Assembly (NCBI GenBank): GCA_049967855.1
Contig: JBMFRX010000007.1
Span: 1 to 62,054, forward strand
Length of the DNA stretch: 62,054 nucleotides
Reading direction: 5' to 3'
From: Caldisericaceae bacterium
GTDB lineage: Bacteria; Caldisericota; Caldisericia; Caldisericales; Caldisericaceae
The position numbers were made by a program, and so were the translations under genes. Of this stretch, positions 26,677 through 36,890 are shown one piece after another (position 1 is the stretch's first letter; each line of letters opens with the position of its first letter). The notes under the pieces were generated by a model. That model saw only the letters and a list, made by a program, of their open reading frames with translations. It was not told where the DNA came from and did no database searches.

Positions 26677-27206
26677 GAGATCGCCACATCGCCCTTCGGG
26701 CTCCTCGCGATGACAAAAAAGAGGCGTCATTCCGAAACGAAGTGAGGAATCTCCTCTTTTGTCTTTTCATTGTAAGAGCACAATCAGTGGTAGACTGCTT
26801 TGCTCTGCTCGCAGTGACAAGAGAAGGCCGTCATTGCGCACTCCTTCCCTTGACGAAGTCAAGTCGAACGCAGTGAGCGTGGCAATCTCGTCGTTAAACA
26901 GTCCTTAAAACAAAGAGAGATCGCCACGTCGCCCTTTGGGCTCCTCGCGATGACAAAAAAGGGACAAAGAAACGGCGGAGATCCCTCAGAAATGCTTTTC
27001 GGGATGACCACCACACCCTGTCATTGTGCAGTCCATCCCGGTCGTTCTGCACCCCCTCCCCACCCCCGGGTCATTATGAGGAGGCGTATTTGTATTTTGC
27101 CGACGTGATAATCTCCTCTTTTGTCTTTTCATTGTAAGAGCACAATCAGTGGTAGACTGCTTCGCTTTTGTACTTGACTTCGTCAAGGAACAGAGCGCAG
27201 GGTGAC
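26677..27206. repeat. Cluster 2 of GC-rich REP/RPE-like palindromic repeats, including an exact 53-bp direct repeat
   Basis: GAGAT..ATGAC units at 26677-26714, 26917-26954 and 26978-27008. GTCATT..AATCTC units at 26726-26753, 26830-26889 and 27070-27115. Identical 53-mer at 26748-26800 and 27110-27162. Confidence 0.88.
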
Positions 27207-27395
27207 AGGAGGCTGGCAGAAAAAAATTCACGTCGAGAATTTTCCAAAATATTTCATCACAAATGAAAAAGCTCGCCACAAAGACGCAGCTGTTCTGCCA
27301 AAGCTAACCAATGTCAAGAATATTCAATTGTTTTAATAAAGGGTAGCTCTGACTAAAATATAATCAATGAGTTTAATAAGAGGAGTAAAATAAAA

Positions 27396-30224
27396 ATGGA
27401 CGAAATATATATTAAGGGCGCGAAAGTACACAATCTAAAGAATGTTTCACTGCACATACCACGAAACAAACTTGTAGTAATAACAGGTGTCTCTGGCTCT
27501 GGCAAATCCTCGTTAGCCTTCGATACGCTGTATGCAGAAGGCCAGAGGCGTTACGTTGAATCGCTCTCCGCTTACGCAAGACAATTCATAGGAGTTATGG
27601 ACAAACCTGATGTCGACTTCATAGAGGGCCTTTCACCTGCTATTGCAATCGACCAGAAAAGTGCCAGCAAAAACCCGCGTTCGACTGTAGGGACAATGAC
27701 TGAAATATACGACTACTTGAGATTGTTATATGCTCGTATAGGCATTCCTCATTGTCCAAATGACGGCACCCCAATCAAGAAACAATCCCCTGATGAGATA
27801 GTTGAACAACTCTTTGACAAAGAACCTGGTCAAAAGATAGAGATTCTTTCACCAGTTGTACGTGGCAGAAAAGGTGAATACAAATCACTTTTCGAAAAGT
27901 ATATAAAGAGAGGTTTTGCAAGAATAAAAATTGACGGCAAAATTTATTCCCTTGACGAGGAAATAACGCTTGACAAAAACAAAAAACATAATATTGACCT
28001 TGTTGTTGATAGGGTCAAGATTGTTCAAAGCGAAAAGTCGAGAGTAGAAGATTCAATTGAACTTGCGCTAACTGAGGGCGATGGAATCGTAAAAGTATTC
28101 CTTGTTGATGAAAATAAAGAGATTCTTTTCTCAGAAAAGTTCGTTTGTCCTGTATGCGGATTCAGCATTGAAGAGATAGAACCAAGACTTTTTTCATTTA
28201 ATAGCCCGTACGGAGCTTGTCCTGAATGTACAGGGCTTGGCTTTAAGATCGAACCAGACCCAGACTTGATAATAAAAGATTGGAATAAATCGCTCGTTGA
28301 GGGTGCAATTGAGATACCTGGATTCAGAGGCTTTGACACTTATTCATACCAGGTCATACTGGAGCTTGCAAGAAAAAACAATATCGATACTTTCAAGCCT
28401 ATGAAAGACTTTACTCAAAGTGAACTCAATTTGATTTTTTATGGTCAGGAAGAGAGAATTCCGATGACCTTCAAAGATAAGAATGGTAGAGAATTTAGTT
28501 TTAATGCTCATTTTGAGGGGGTTATTCCTCTTCTTTCAAGGCGTTATCAAGAAACAACTTCGGAAAGTGCAAAGGAGGAATACGAAAAGCTAATGAGAAG
28601 AGTTGAGTGCCCCGTGTGCCACGGAAAAAGGCTCAAACCAGAAGCTCTTGCCGTGACTATTCAAAATTTCAATATTGTGGATCTAACATCGCTTTCAATA
28701 GAGAAGTCCTACGATTTCTTCAACAATCTGCCCGAAAAATTATCCGATTCTGAAAAGCTTATATCACACCAGGTTATTAAAGAAATTACATCAAGACTTA
28801 AGTTTCTTCTTGACGTAGGATTAGGTTATCTATCTTTGGACAGGCCGTCAGAGACGCTTGCTGGAGGAGAAGCTCAGAGAATTCGTCTTGCAACACAAGT
28901 TGGCTCAAAACTCGTTGGAGTGCTTTACGTTCTTGATGAGCCCTCAATTGGGTTACACCCAAGAGACAACGGCAAATTACTTAATACGCTTCTGGAGTTA
29001 AGGGACCTTGGCAACACTGTGGTCGTTGTCGAACACGACGAAGAAACCATAAGAACTGCTGATTACATAATAGATGTAGGTCCATATGCAGGTGAAAAAG
29101 GTGGATACATAGTAAAAACGGGAAGTTTAAGTGACATAATCAATGAACCTCGATCATTGACAGGCAAATACCTCAAAGGCGAACTTTCAATCCCAGTACC
29201 TGCGAGAAGGCGAAAAGGCAACGGTGAAAAACTGGTAATCTACGGGGCAAGGGAACATAACCTAAAGAATATTACGGTAGACTTTCCTCTTCATACGCTC
29301 ATTTGTGTCACAGGGGTTTCTGGCTCTGGAAAAAGCACTCTCATTCAAGATGTTCTCTGGAAATCCCTTGCAAAGGCAACGTACGGCTCAAAGGAAAAAC
29401 CTGGAGCATATGATAAAATAGAGGGACTCAAATACGTTGATAAAGTTGTAATTGTAGACCAATCACCTATTGGAAGAACTCCTCGTTCAAACCCAGCAAC
29501 ATATACAGGCATTTTTACGCCCATAAGGGAGATTTTCGCCACACTTCCAGATGCGAAAGCTCGTGGGTACAAAGCAGGAAGATTTAGTTTCAATGTGCAC
29601 GGGGGAAGATGCGAGGCTTGCGAAGGGAACGGCTACATCAAAGTCGAAATGCAGTTTCTACCTGATGTATATGTCCCCTGTGAAGTATGCCACGGAAAAC
29701 GTTACAACAAAGAAACTCTTGAGATAAAATACAAAGGCAAGAATATTGCGGATGTTCTTGATATGAGCGTGACTGAGGCGCTTGGCTTCTTTGAAAATAT
29801 TCCGTCAATAAAACGCAGACTTAAACTGCTTGACGATGTTGGCCTTGGCTACATAAAGCTCGGCCAATCCGCCACAACACTTTCAGGAGGAGAAGCCCAA
29901 AGAGTAAAACTTGCTGCAGAGCTTCAAAAGAGAGGCACAGGAAAGACTGTCTACTTTCTCGACGAGCCAACAACAGGGCTTCACTTCGCAGATGTCAACA
30001 AGCTAATCAATGTGCTTGACAGACTCGTTGAATCAGGAGACACTGTAATTGTAATTGAACACAATATTGATGTAATAAAATCGGCTGACTATGTTATTGA
30101 CCTTGGTCCTGAAGGAGGAGATAAAGGAGGTTATCTTGTTGCAACAGGAACTCCAGAAGAAATTGCTAAAAATAAAAAATCATATACGGGAGAGTATTTG
30201 AGAAAAATCCTCTCGCAAAGATAA
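27396..30224 (+). CDS. uvrA: Excinuclease ABC subunit A
   Basis: [31 protein letters not shown], zinc fingers, two ABC domains. Confidence 0.99.
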   Translation: MDEIYIKGAKVHNLKNVSLHIPRNKLVVITGVSGSGKSSLAFDTLYAEGQRRYVESLSAYARQFIGVMDKPDVDFIEGLSPAIAIDQKSASKNPRSTVGTMTEIYDYLRLLYARIGIPHCPNDGTPIKKQSPDEIVEQLFDKEPGQKIEILSPVVRGRKGEYKSLFEKYIKRGFARIKIDGKIYSLDEEITLDKNKKHNIDLVVDRVKIVQSEKSRVEDSIELALTEGDGIVKVFLVDENKEILFSEKFVCPVCGFSIEEIEPRLFSFNSPYGACPECTGLGFKIEPDPDLIIKDWNKSLVEGAIEIPGFRGFDTYSYQVILELARKNNIDTFKPMKDFTQSELNLIFYGQEERIPMTFKDKNGREFSFNAHFEGVIPLLSRRYQETTSESAKEEYEKLMRRVECPVCHGKRLKPEALAVTIQNFNIVDLTSLSIEKSYDFFNNLPEKLSDSEKLISHQVIKEITSRLKFLLDVGLGYLSLDRPSETLAGGEAQRIRLATQVGSKLVGVLYVLDEPSIGLHPRDNGKLLNTLLELRDLGNTVVVVEHDEETIRTADYIIDVGPYAGEKGGYIVKTGSLSDIINEPRSLTGKYLKGELSIPVPARRRKGNGEKLVIYGAREHNLKNITVDFPLHTLICVTGVSGSGKSTLIQDVLWKSLAKATYGSKEKPGAYDKIEGLKYVDKVVIVDQSPIGRTPRSNPATYTGIFTPIREIFATLPDAKARGYKAGRFSFNVHGGRCEACEGNGYIKVEMQFLPDVYVPCEVCHGKRYNKETLEIKYKGKNIADVLDMSVTEALGFFENIPSIKRRLKLLDDVGLGYIKLGQSATTLSGGEAQRVKLAAELQKRGTGKTVYFLDEPTTGLHFADVNKLINVLDRLVESGDTVIVIEHNIDVIKSADYVIDLGPEGGDKGGYLVATGTPEEIAKNKKSYTGEYLRKILSQR

Positions 30225-30286
30225 ACCTAACATATAGAGCACAGAAAACGGTTTCTCTTTATTGCACCAAACGGCAAATCTGTTTG

Positions 30287-30766
30287 CTATGTTCCTCGCT
30301 TCAAATAGAACTGCTCGTTATGAGTAATGTTTCCATCACCAAAAGCATCTTTGACATAAATAGTCAAAGTGTACTTTCCTTCCGCAGAGTTCTCTGGGAA
30401 TGTTAGGTTAACTGGAAAGTAAAAGTAAGGAGCTTCGGCCGTTGTTGAGACTTCTTGGTCGACAACAGTTGTTCTACTTATAGCAGTATTGCCATTGGGG
30501 TCCTTAACCATCACTTCTACCTCCGGATGGTAAACAAAGGAATTCCCAGACTTGTTTGACTTGAACCCCGATACCTCGAAGTAAACATAAACCACTTTGC
30601 TTGGTAAAAATGTCTTACTTTGCCGTTCTACAAAATCCCTATCACCATTGATTTGCTCACAAAAGGCAAGATGGCTCAGTTCGAGCCCTTTCTGAATTGT
30701 CGTGCTTACAGTACAGCCTGTTAAAATCAAAAGAGCCACTACAACTAAGGCCAAAATCCTCTTCAT
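30287..30766 (-). CDS. Hypothetical lipoprotein, probable Ig-like beta-sandwich
   Basis: Lipobox LTGC; V.DPNG and GKYTLTIYVKD strands. Confidence 0.75.
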   Translation of the reverse strand: MKRILALVVVALLILTGCTVSTTIQKGLELSHLAFCEQINGDRDFVERQSKTFLPSKVVYVYFEVSGFKSNKSGNSFVYHPEVEVMVKDPNGNTAISRTTVVDQEVSTTAEAPYFYFPVNLTFPENSAEGKYTLTIYVKDAFGDGNITHNEQFYLKRGT

Positions 30767-30792
30767 TCTGAAAGACCTCCTTTTTATTAATG

Positions 30793-31707
30793 CTATGGCA
30801 ATCTTATATCGAATTTCTCTCCTATTTTTGTAATATTAATATCCATTGTTTTCATATCTGTTGGTTTGGCGTCAGTGCTGTTATTCTCTATGAGAAGTCT
30901 TGTGGTATAGTCCTTGTATTCTCCTTTGTTTATCACCCAGCCAGTATATACTGCTTCAACTGTCCCAGAATGAATTGTATATTCAACCTTGGTTGTTGAG
31001 TAGCCATTTTGAGCCTCAGTCGATGTTTTCCAGGTGGCATACAAGTTTGGGCTTGCAATGAAATCGTCATAGCTCTTCGTGAAGCCGTCCATATAGTTCT
31101 GCCCCAACATAGACAATGACTCTATATATTGTTTGGCTGCTTCAGGGTCAAATTCGTTATAGTTGCCTGGCGTTCCCATCAAAGCTTTATTCCCAACAAC
31201 ATATATTTCAATGTCAGTTTTTCCGCTTGAGTCAACAGAAATCATTTTTTCCTCATTTCCGTTATTATTGACTTCTATTGTGATTAGTGATTCAACTGTG
31301 CCGTTTACTTCGGTAGTCTTGAGCACAAACATATAACTCTTAAGGTCTTTTAGCTCCTTTAGTTTGTCAGAACTCACAGAAGTAGATGTTTTTGCTAAAG
31401 AAATTTTCACCGACTGATCCTTCCCATCAGCAACATCAATGTCCTGTGTTGCAGATTCAAAACCATCTTTCGAAGCGCTGATTGTATAATTTGAAGCCTC
31501 AATACCAGAAAAAGTTACCTTACCGCTCGAATCAGTCGTGCCGTCTGCGTTACCCATTTGCACATCTACCCCTTGCAATGGCGCATTCGTTTCATATTCA
31601 ACGACCAGCACTGTGATGTTAGAAGCAGTAGGCTTATTGTTCCCTCCGCCACAGCCAAAGCTGAAAACCAAAAGCGCTAGCACAAAAATTCCAATTATTT
31701 TTCTAAT
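30793..31707 (-). CDS. Lipoprotein with a carboxypeptidase-regulatory-like domain and a C-terminal domain possibly of LolA/LppX fold; probable ATT start
   Basis: Lipobox SFGC; PLQGV.V...TDSSG...F....Y.I.ASK.GF. AGGAGG precedes an in-frame ATT at 31707, giving n-region RKII. Confidence 0.7.
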   Translation of the reverse strand: MRKIIGIFVLALLVFSFGCGGGNNKPTASNITVLVVEYETNAPLQGVDVQMGNADGTTDSSGKVTFSGIEASNYTISASKDGFESATQDIDVADGKDQSVKISLAKTSTSVSSDKLKELKDLKSYMFVLKTTEVNGTVESLITIEVNNNGNEEKMISVDSSGKTDIEIYVVGNKALMGTPGNYNEFDPEAAKQYIESLSMLGQNYMDGFTKSYDDFIASPNLYATWKTSTEAQNGYSTTKVEYTIHSGTVEAVYTGWVINKGEYKDYTTRLLIENNSTDAKPTDMKTMDINITKIGEKFDIRLP

Positions 31708-31816
31708 TTCTCCCTCCTACATAAGATTTTAGCTTCCTAACAAAATTATAGAAAATTGCAATCAAAAGTCAATGAGTAATAGTCAATATCAAAACAGGCA
31801 AATCATAATTCTTAAA

Positions 31817-32485
31817 TTACTTCTGAAGTATGTTGAGAATAATATTGAAGACCTCTCCCCTTTTGATGTGGTCTGCAGGATGAAAATTCTCATAAGACAG
31901 CCCGTGCTCAACCATAACTATTTGGAGTTTTTCCAGGTCATTTATCGAGCCTGAAGCCTGAACTGCATGTGAAGCATCTCCATATCCTAACGCCTCAAAA
32001 AGCCAATTGTACATATCTATTTGAGTTGCCTTTGCATTGATGTCAAAATCACTTGCAAAATTGAACCCAATTTTCTTTAGATAAAGAGCGCTTTTGAAAA
32101 ACCACTGGGACTTGCCAACCCCTGGAATTGCTTCGTAATTAGGCAACAGGGCAAGGAAATTATAATAGCCGTCGATAATTCTTTCCTTAAGAGAACTATA
32201 CTTTCGGTAAACACTGTTTACAAACTTATCAAAGCCGTTTTTAGGAGTAACCAAATCATTTACTTCACTGGTTCTCACCTTTCTTGCAAGTCTTGCAATT
32301 AAAACCAGGTATTCTCCATTCGTTATTAGCTTGTCTTCCTTCAAACTGCCGTCAGCATAACCTTTCAAGAGGCCCATATTTTTAAGCTGCAGACCAGAAT
32401 CCTGACCCGAGGCAATAGCCCTGTGAGTTGGAATAATAGTTGCAAATATACTAATAATCAAAAAAACTATAAGCGTCTTCTTCAT
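31817..32485 (-). CDS. Exported protein with S-layer homology (SLH)-like motifs
   Basis: Signal peptide; GLLKGYADGSLKEDKLITNGE and FHPADHIKRGEV resemble SLH repeats. Confidence 0.65.
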   Translation of the reverse strand: MKKTLIVFLIISIFATIIPTHRAIASGQDSGLQLKNMGLLKGYADGSLKEDKLITNGEYLVLIARLARKVRTSEVNDLVTPKNGFDKFVNSVYRKYSSLKERIIDGYYNFLALLPNYEAIPGVGKSQWFFKSALYLKKIGFNFASDFDINAKATQIDMYNWLFEALGYGDASHAVQASGSINDLEKLQIVMVEHGLSYENFHPADHIKRGEVFNIILNILQK

Positions 32486-32547
32486 AAATTAATTTTAATA
32501 CAAATCTTCAAAAAAGAAAACGGGCGAATTACATAAGGGTTTGTTTT

Positions 32548-33387
32548 TCATATTTTCTCATTTATATAGCTACTAACGTCTGGAATCTCTCTATCAAAAA
32601 ACAAGTTTCTATTTCCGCGAACTGCTTCCTCAAAAGTCCCATCTTCTTTCTCGTAGAAAATCCCGATAGGTATTTTATCAGTGTCAAGAGATTTCTCTAT
32701 TGCGGTTTTGTAGTCAGTTGGGCTATACCCGGTATCTTCGAGTTTGTAAACTCTTTCTGCGTAGTACTCGTATGTGTTATTAAAAGTCACGCACGGCTGT
32801 AGAACATCAACAAGTGCAAATCCTTTATGAAAAATAGCTCTCTCAAATACATATTCAAGGTGCTTAATATCTCCAGAGTAAGCCCTTGCAACAAAAGTTG
32901 CTTGAGATACGAGCATTAATGTAATTGGATTAATAGGGTTCTCAACATTGCCAAAAGGAGTCGATCGTCCTTTAAAGCCTTTCGGTGATGTCGGGGTAAA
33001 CTGCCCCGTAGTTAGCCCATAAACGCCATTGTCGTGAATGATAAGCTTGATATCGGTATTTCTTCTTGCGGCATGAATGGTATGGGACATTCCCTCGGCG
33101 TATGCATCGCCATCTCCTGCAAAACCTATCACAAGTAGTTCTGGGTTTGCAATTTTAACTCCAGTTGCAACAGGCGGCACTCTTCCGTGAAGCCCATGAA
33201 ATGAGTTAGTATGGTAATAGTTAGTGATGTATCCATAGCAGCCAATGCCAGAAATGAGTACAAGGTTCTCCTCTTTCACTTTCCCTTCGTTTATACTGTG
33301 TTCAAGAACACGTTTCAAAGCATTATAAATAGCAAAATTTCCGCAGCCAGGACACCACTGGATTTTCCTATCTGTTCCTAAGTTCAT
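32548..33387 (-). CDS. korB: 2-oxoacid:ferredoxin oxidoreductase beta subunit
   Basis: WCPGCGN, SGIGC, LHGR, GDGD...N.VYGLT.GQ TPP motif, QPCVTFN. Confidence 0.9.
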   Translation of the reverse strand: MNLGTDRKIQWCPGCGNFAIYNALKRVLEHSINEGKVKEENLVLISGIGCYGYITNYYHTNSFHGLHGRVPPVATGVKIANPELLVIGFAGDGDAYAEGMSHTIHAARRNTDIKLIIHDNGVYGLTTGQFTPTSPKGFKGRSTPFGNVENPINPITLMLVSQATFVARAYSGDIKHLEYVFERAIFHKGFALVDVLQPCVTFNNTYEYYAERVYKLEDTGYSPTDYKTAIEKSLDTDKIPIGIFYEKEDGTFEEAVRGNRNLFFDREIPDVSSYINEKI

Positions 33388-35045
33388 CTTATCACCTCTT
33401 TAATTTTGTTAGCAAGTTCAACTGGATTGAAAGGCCGTGCATCATATTTCAAAATCTTATGCGAGACAGGCATCAAAAGTTTTGCTTCAAAGAGTGACGC
33501 AAGCTGGCCAAAAGAGTTTTGTTCGATTGAAATTATCCTCTGTGCTCCTTGGATTTCTTTGCGCAATTTTTGGATTGGGAAAGGCTCAAGCGACACAATC
33601 TGAACAAATTTCACAGGCAGACCCTCTATCGCCTCAAGGATTGCTCCCGTGGTGCCTCCGAAACCGATGATGACATTTTTGCTTTCAGTATCACCAAGAA
33701 CGTGCATTGTCTCCTCGAGCTCAAAATCACTCTTTATTGTCTCCATTTTTTTTAGCCGATGCTCTTTCATTGCCTTAACATCCTGAGGCAAACTGGAAGA
33801 GTACCCACTATCTGTATGTTCAGTTGAGTTTGTATGATTTACAATGCCTTCTGTGCCTGGAAAAGCAAGCGGAGGTATCCCGTCATCAGTGATTTCATAC
33901 CTTTTGTAAACGCCCTCTCCATCATATGTCTTTACAGGCGTTATGTAGTGATTTCCAAAGGGTATCTTCGAGGTCTTGAAACTTTCTGAAATATGTTTGT
34001 CTGACAATATTATCACAGGCACCTGATACCAAAAAGCATACTGAAAAGCTTTGGCAGTAATCTCAAAGGCCTCATCGATATCCCCAGGGGCAAGCACAAT
34101 CCGTGGAAATTCTCCGTGTCCAACATTCAGAACCAGATTCAAATCGCTCTGTTCAGTATATGTGGGAACTCCTGTAGTAGGACCAGCTCTCTGTGCATCA
34201 AGTATAACTATAGGGATTTCGGTACCACCTGCAAGGCTAATTGACTCACCAAATAGGTCTATGCCAGGGCCAGATGTTCCAACCATTGAAGGCACGCCAG
34301 CATAAGCAGAACCAATAGCCATAGAAATTGCTGAGATTTCATCCTCTGCATGGACCACTGCTATCTCAAAGTTTCTTGCCTGCTCCGCAAGCATATCAAG
34401 CAAGGTAGAAGATGGAGTAATAGGATATGCCGCATAAAGCTTCATTCCTGAACGTACTGCCCCAAGCGCAATTGACTCATTACCGGAGAGTATTGGCAAA
34501 GGGCTTTTACCGCCTATCGGTATAGGGGCTTTAATGACAGATTTTTTGTCTAATTCAGAAGCGATTTCATACCCTTGCTCTGCAAGAAGGATATTCTTGT
34601 AAGCTTTTTCTTTGAGGTCATCTCTCAAAAGATTTTCAACTTCTTCAAAAGGTATTCCCTTAATATAGCTAATAATGCCAAGGACTATCGAGCTTTTCAT
34701 AAAAGGAGATGCTTCTTTCAAACGAGCAATTTCTGAAAAGTTGATATCAAAGCCTCCGCCTCCCTCAATGAAAGTCAGAGCATTTAAGCTTGCCCTGTCC
34801 TTGTAGCGCTCATAAACGTCTGGGTGGAAGGAAAACATATAATCGAAATTTCCACTCTGAGAATGCAACTCTTTCTCTGATACTCTTATCTCACTGTAGT
34901 CTTGCCCGCCTCTGATTATTGAACCATAATCATTATAGACAAAAACGTAATAACCAAACCTGTTAAAGAGCTTTCCCAGTGTCAGAGCTCCTCGTTTTAT
35001 TCCTTCGCCTGCCTGGCCGCCAAGAAAAATTGAAAAATCAACCAT
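33384..35045 (-). CDS. korA: 2-oxoacid:ferredoxin oxidoreductase alpha subunit (gamma-alpha fusion)
   Basis: GGQAGEG, IRGG, SGNE.IA.GA, YPITPSS, EDEISA, TSGPG, QRAGP.TG.PT. Confidence 0.9.
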   Translation of the reverse strand: MVDFSIFLGGQAGEGIKRGALTLGKLFNRFGYYVFVYNDYGSIIRGGQDYSEIRVSEKELHSQSGNFDYMFSFHPDVYERYKDRASLNALTFIEGGGGFDINFSEIARLKEASPFMKSSIVLGIISYIKGIPFEEVENLLRDDLKEKAYKNILLAEQGYEIASELDKKSVIKAPIPIGGKSPLPILSGNESIALGAVRSGMKLYAAYPITPSSTLLDMLAEQARNFEIAVVHAEDEISAISMAIGSAYAGVPSMVGTSGPGIDLFGESISLAGGTEIPIVILDAQRAGPTTGVPTYTEQSDLNLVLNVGHGEFPRIVLAPGDIDEAFEITAKAFQYAFWYQVPVIILSDKHISESFKTSKIPFGNHYITPVKTYDGEGVYKRYEITDDGIPPLAFPGTEGIVNHTNSTEHTDSGYSSSLPQDVKAMKEHRLKKMETIKSDFELEETMHVLGDTESKNVIIGFGGTTGAILEAIEGLPVKFVQIVSLEPFPIQKLRKEIQGAQRIISIEQNSFGQLASLFEAKLLMPVSHKILKYDARPFNPVELANKIKEVIR

Positions 35046-35341
35046 AAATTCCTCCTAACTTTTACCATTATAAACAAATTATACAAATCAATAAAACCCA
35101 CATTCAAGCATATTGGCAAATTAGAGCAATCTTCGCAAGACCTTGAAAGCCATTTTTATTGATAGAGACTACTATGCGTAGCAATCTCTTGCCAGGCATC
35201 CTTTGAAAGAATTTTCTAAAATACTCGTTATAACGCTTCATATACCAAGATGTCACATTTTTAAAATTAATTTTGATTGAGTCTTTTTTCTGATATTATT
35301 GTAATTTGGAAATTTAACTATAATTTAAAAAAGGTGGCTCT

Positions 35342-36646
35342 ATGGACAATTGGGAAAAAGCATTACAGATTATGAAAGCAACGCTAAGTAAACCTACGTA
35401 TGAAACATGGTTCAAGCCAGTATTGCTTGATTCAGAAAATGAAAATGAAGTCGTATTGAAAGTGCCTTCTGAATTCGCTCGGGATTGGCTTGAAACTAAA
35501 TACCTCTCTTTAATTCAAAACACGCTTTCAGAAGTGCGGAATGTGCAAACAAGCGTTTCTTTTATTGTTGAGAAAAGAGACACAGAGCCAACAAAGAAAG
35601 TCGTGATTAATGACGTAACATTAAATAATAATTACACTTTCGACAATTTTGTTGTAGGCAACGGCAATCGCCTGGCCTATGCAGCTTCTCAGGCAGTTGC
35701 AAATAATCCAGGCAAGGTTTACAACCCCCTTTATATCTACGGAGACGTGGGCCTTGGCAAAACTCATTTACTTCAGGCAATAGCACACTTTCTTCTCTCT
35801 GTTAATCCTGACCTTAAAATCAATTACACTACAACCGAGAAATTTACTAATGAGGTCATTTATGCAATCCAAAATGCTCACAGTAATGGAGACCTAATCG
35901 ATAGTTTTCACAAGAGGTATCGAACAGTTGATGTATTGCTGATAGATGATATTCAGTTCCTTGCAGGAAAAGAGAGGACACAGGAAGAATTCTTCCACAC
36001 ATTCAATGAACTGCACAATTCAGGAAAGCAGGTTGTTTTAACTTCCGACTGCCCTCCAAAGGAAATAGCCACCCTTCAAGAGCGTCTCACTACAAGGTTT
36101 GAATGGGGATTGGTGGCCGATATTCAGCCTCCAGATTTTGAAACACGCGTTGCGATATTGAAGAAAAAAGCCGATATCGAAAGCATTACGATAGGTGATG
36201 ACGTGTTGTTTTACATTGCAAAAAACATTTTTTCTAACATCAGAGAACTTGAAGGCGCTCTCATAAGACTGATTGCAAAGGCTTCTCTTTCTAACGAGGA
36301 AATCACACTTCCCTTTGCAGAAAAGGCTCTTTCAGACATCATAAAGCAGGGAAGAGCTCCAATAACCATTGAAAGAATTCAAAAAGTTGTAGCTGAATAT
36401 TTCAACATAGGAGTTCAGGACCTGAATGATAAGAAGCGTTCCCAGGACATTGTTATGCCTCGCCAGATAGCTATGTATCTATCGCGTGAGCTAACTGACC
36501 AGTCTCTCCCTACGATAGGCGATGCCTTTGGGGGAAGGGACCACACAACGGTAATGCATTCCTACTCAAAAATAAAGGAAGAAGTCGAGAAAACTGAAAC
36601 AATGCGTGCTGTTATTGACGAAATTGTTAATAAACTGAAAGAGTAA
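35342..36646 (+). CDS. dnaA: Chromosomal replication initiator
   Basis: [59 protein letters not shown]. Confidence 0.99.
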   Translation: MDNWEKALQIMKATLSKPTYETWFKPVLLDSENENEVVLKVPSEFARDWLETKYLSLIQNTLSEVRNVQTSVSFIVEKRDTEPTKKVVINDVTLNNNYTFDNFVVGNGNRLAYAASQAVANNPGKVYNPLYIYGDVGLGKTHLLQAIAHFLLSVNPDLKINYTTTEKFTNEVIYAIQNAHSNGDLIDSFHKRYRTVDVLLIDDIQFLAGKERTQEEFFHTFNELHNSGKQVVLTSDCPPKEIATLQERLTTRFEWGLVADIQPPDFETRVAILKKKADIESITIGDDVLFYIAKNIFSNIRELEGALIRLIAKASLSNEEITLPFAEKALSDIIKQGRAPITIERIQKVVAEYFNIGVQDLNDKKRSQDIVMPRQIAMYLSRELTDQSLPTIGDAFGGRDHTTVMHSYSKIKEEVEKTETMRAVIDEIVNKLKE

Positions 36647-36880
36647 GGCGATTATGATTTTCCTGTTTAAAGAATTGCTTGTGGAAAAAACTGTGGAAAA
36701 GTATATACTGTTTGTGGATAAGACTGAGTATGTGCAAACTGTTAATATAATATTGATGTTATTAACACTTTTATTAACAATAAAGAAACTGATATTATTA
36801 GGGTTAAAAGGAAGTTTGCACAGATTTTACATAGCTTATTATTAGTATTACTAAAATATTAATAATTAAATAATAATAAA
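36625..36880. other. oriC: DnaA boxes, DnaA-trios and AT-rich unwinding element between dnaA and dnaN
   Basis: Perfect TGTGGATAA at 36713-36721; TGTGGAAAA at 36680-36688 and 36692-36700; TTATTAACA at 36759-36767 and 36771-36779. TAT-TAT-TAG-TAT-TAC-TAA at 36837-36854, then an AT-only run. Confidence 0.9.
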
Positions 36881-36890
36881 GGAGTGTAAG

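Noticed and set aside
340..27206. The two repeat clusters as CRISPR arrays
   Set aside because: Units alternate in orientation, vary in sequence and length, and lack regular spacing. No cas genes are present.
26643..27279. ORFs 26643-26876 (+) and 26986-27279 (-)
   Set aside because: Both lie in repeat cluster 2 and are best explained as repeat-derived spurious frames.
27210..27395. LexA/SOS box upstream of uvrA
   Set aside because: No GAAC-N4-GTTC or CTGT-N8-ACAG site seen. The AAAATTC-N7-GAATTTT inverted repeat near 27223-27243 is AT-rich and unsupported.
36654..36845. 63-aa ORF between dnaA and dnaN
   Set aside because: It overlaps the DnaA boxes and DUE of oriC.
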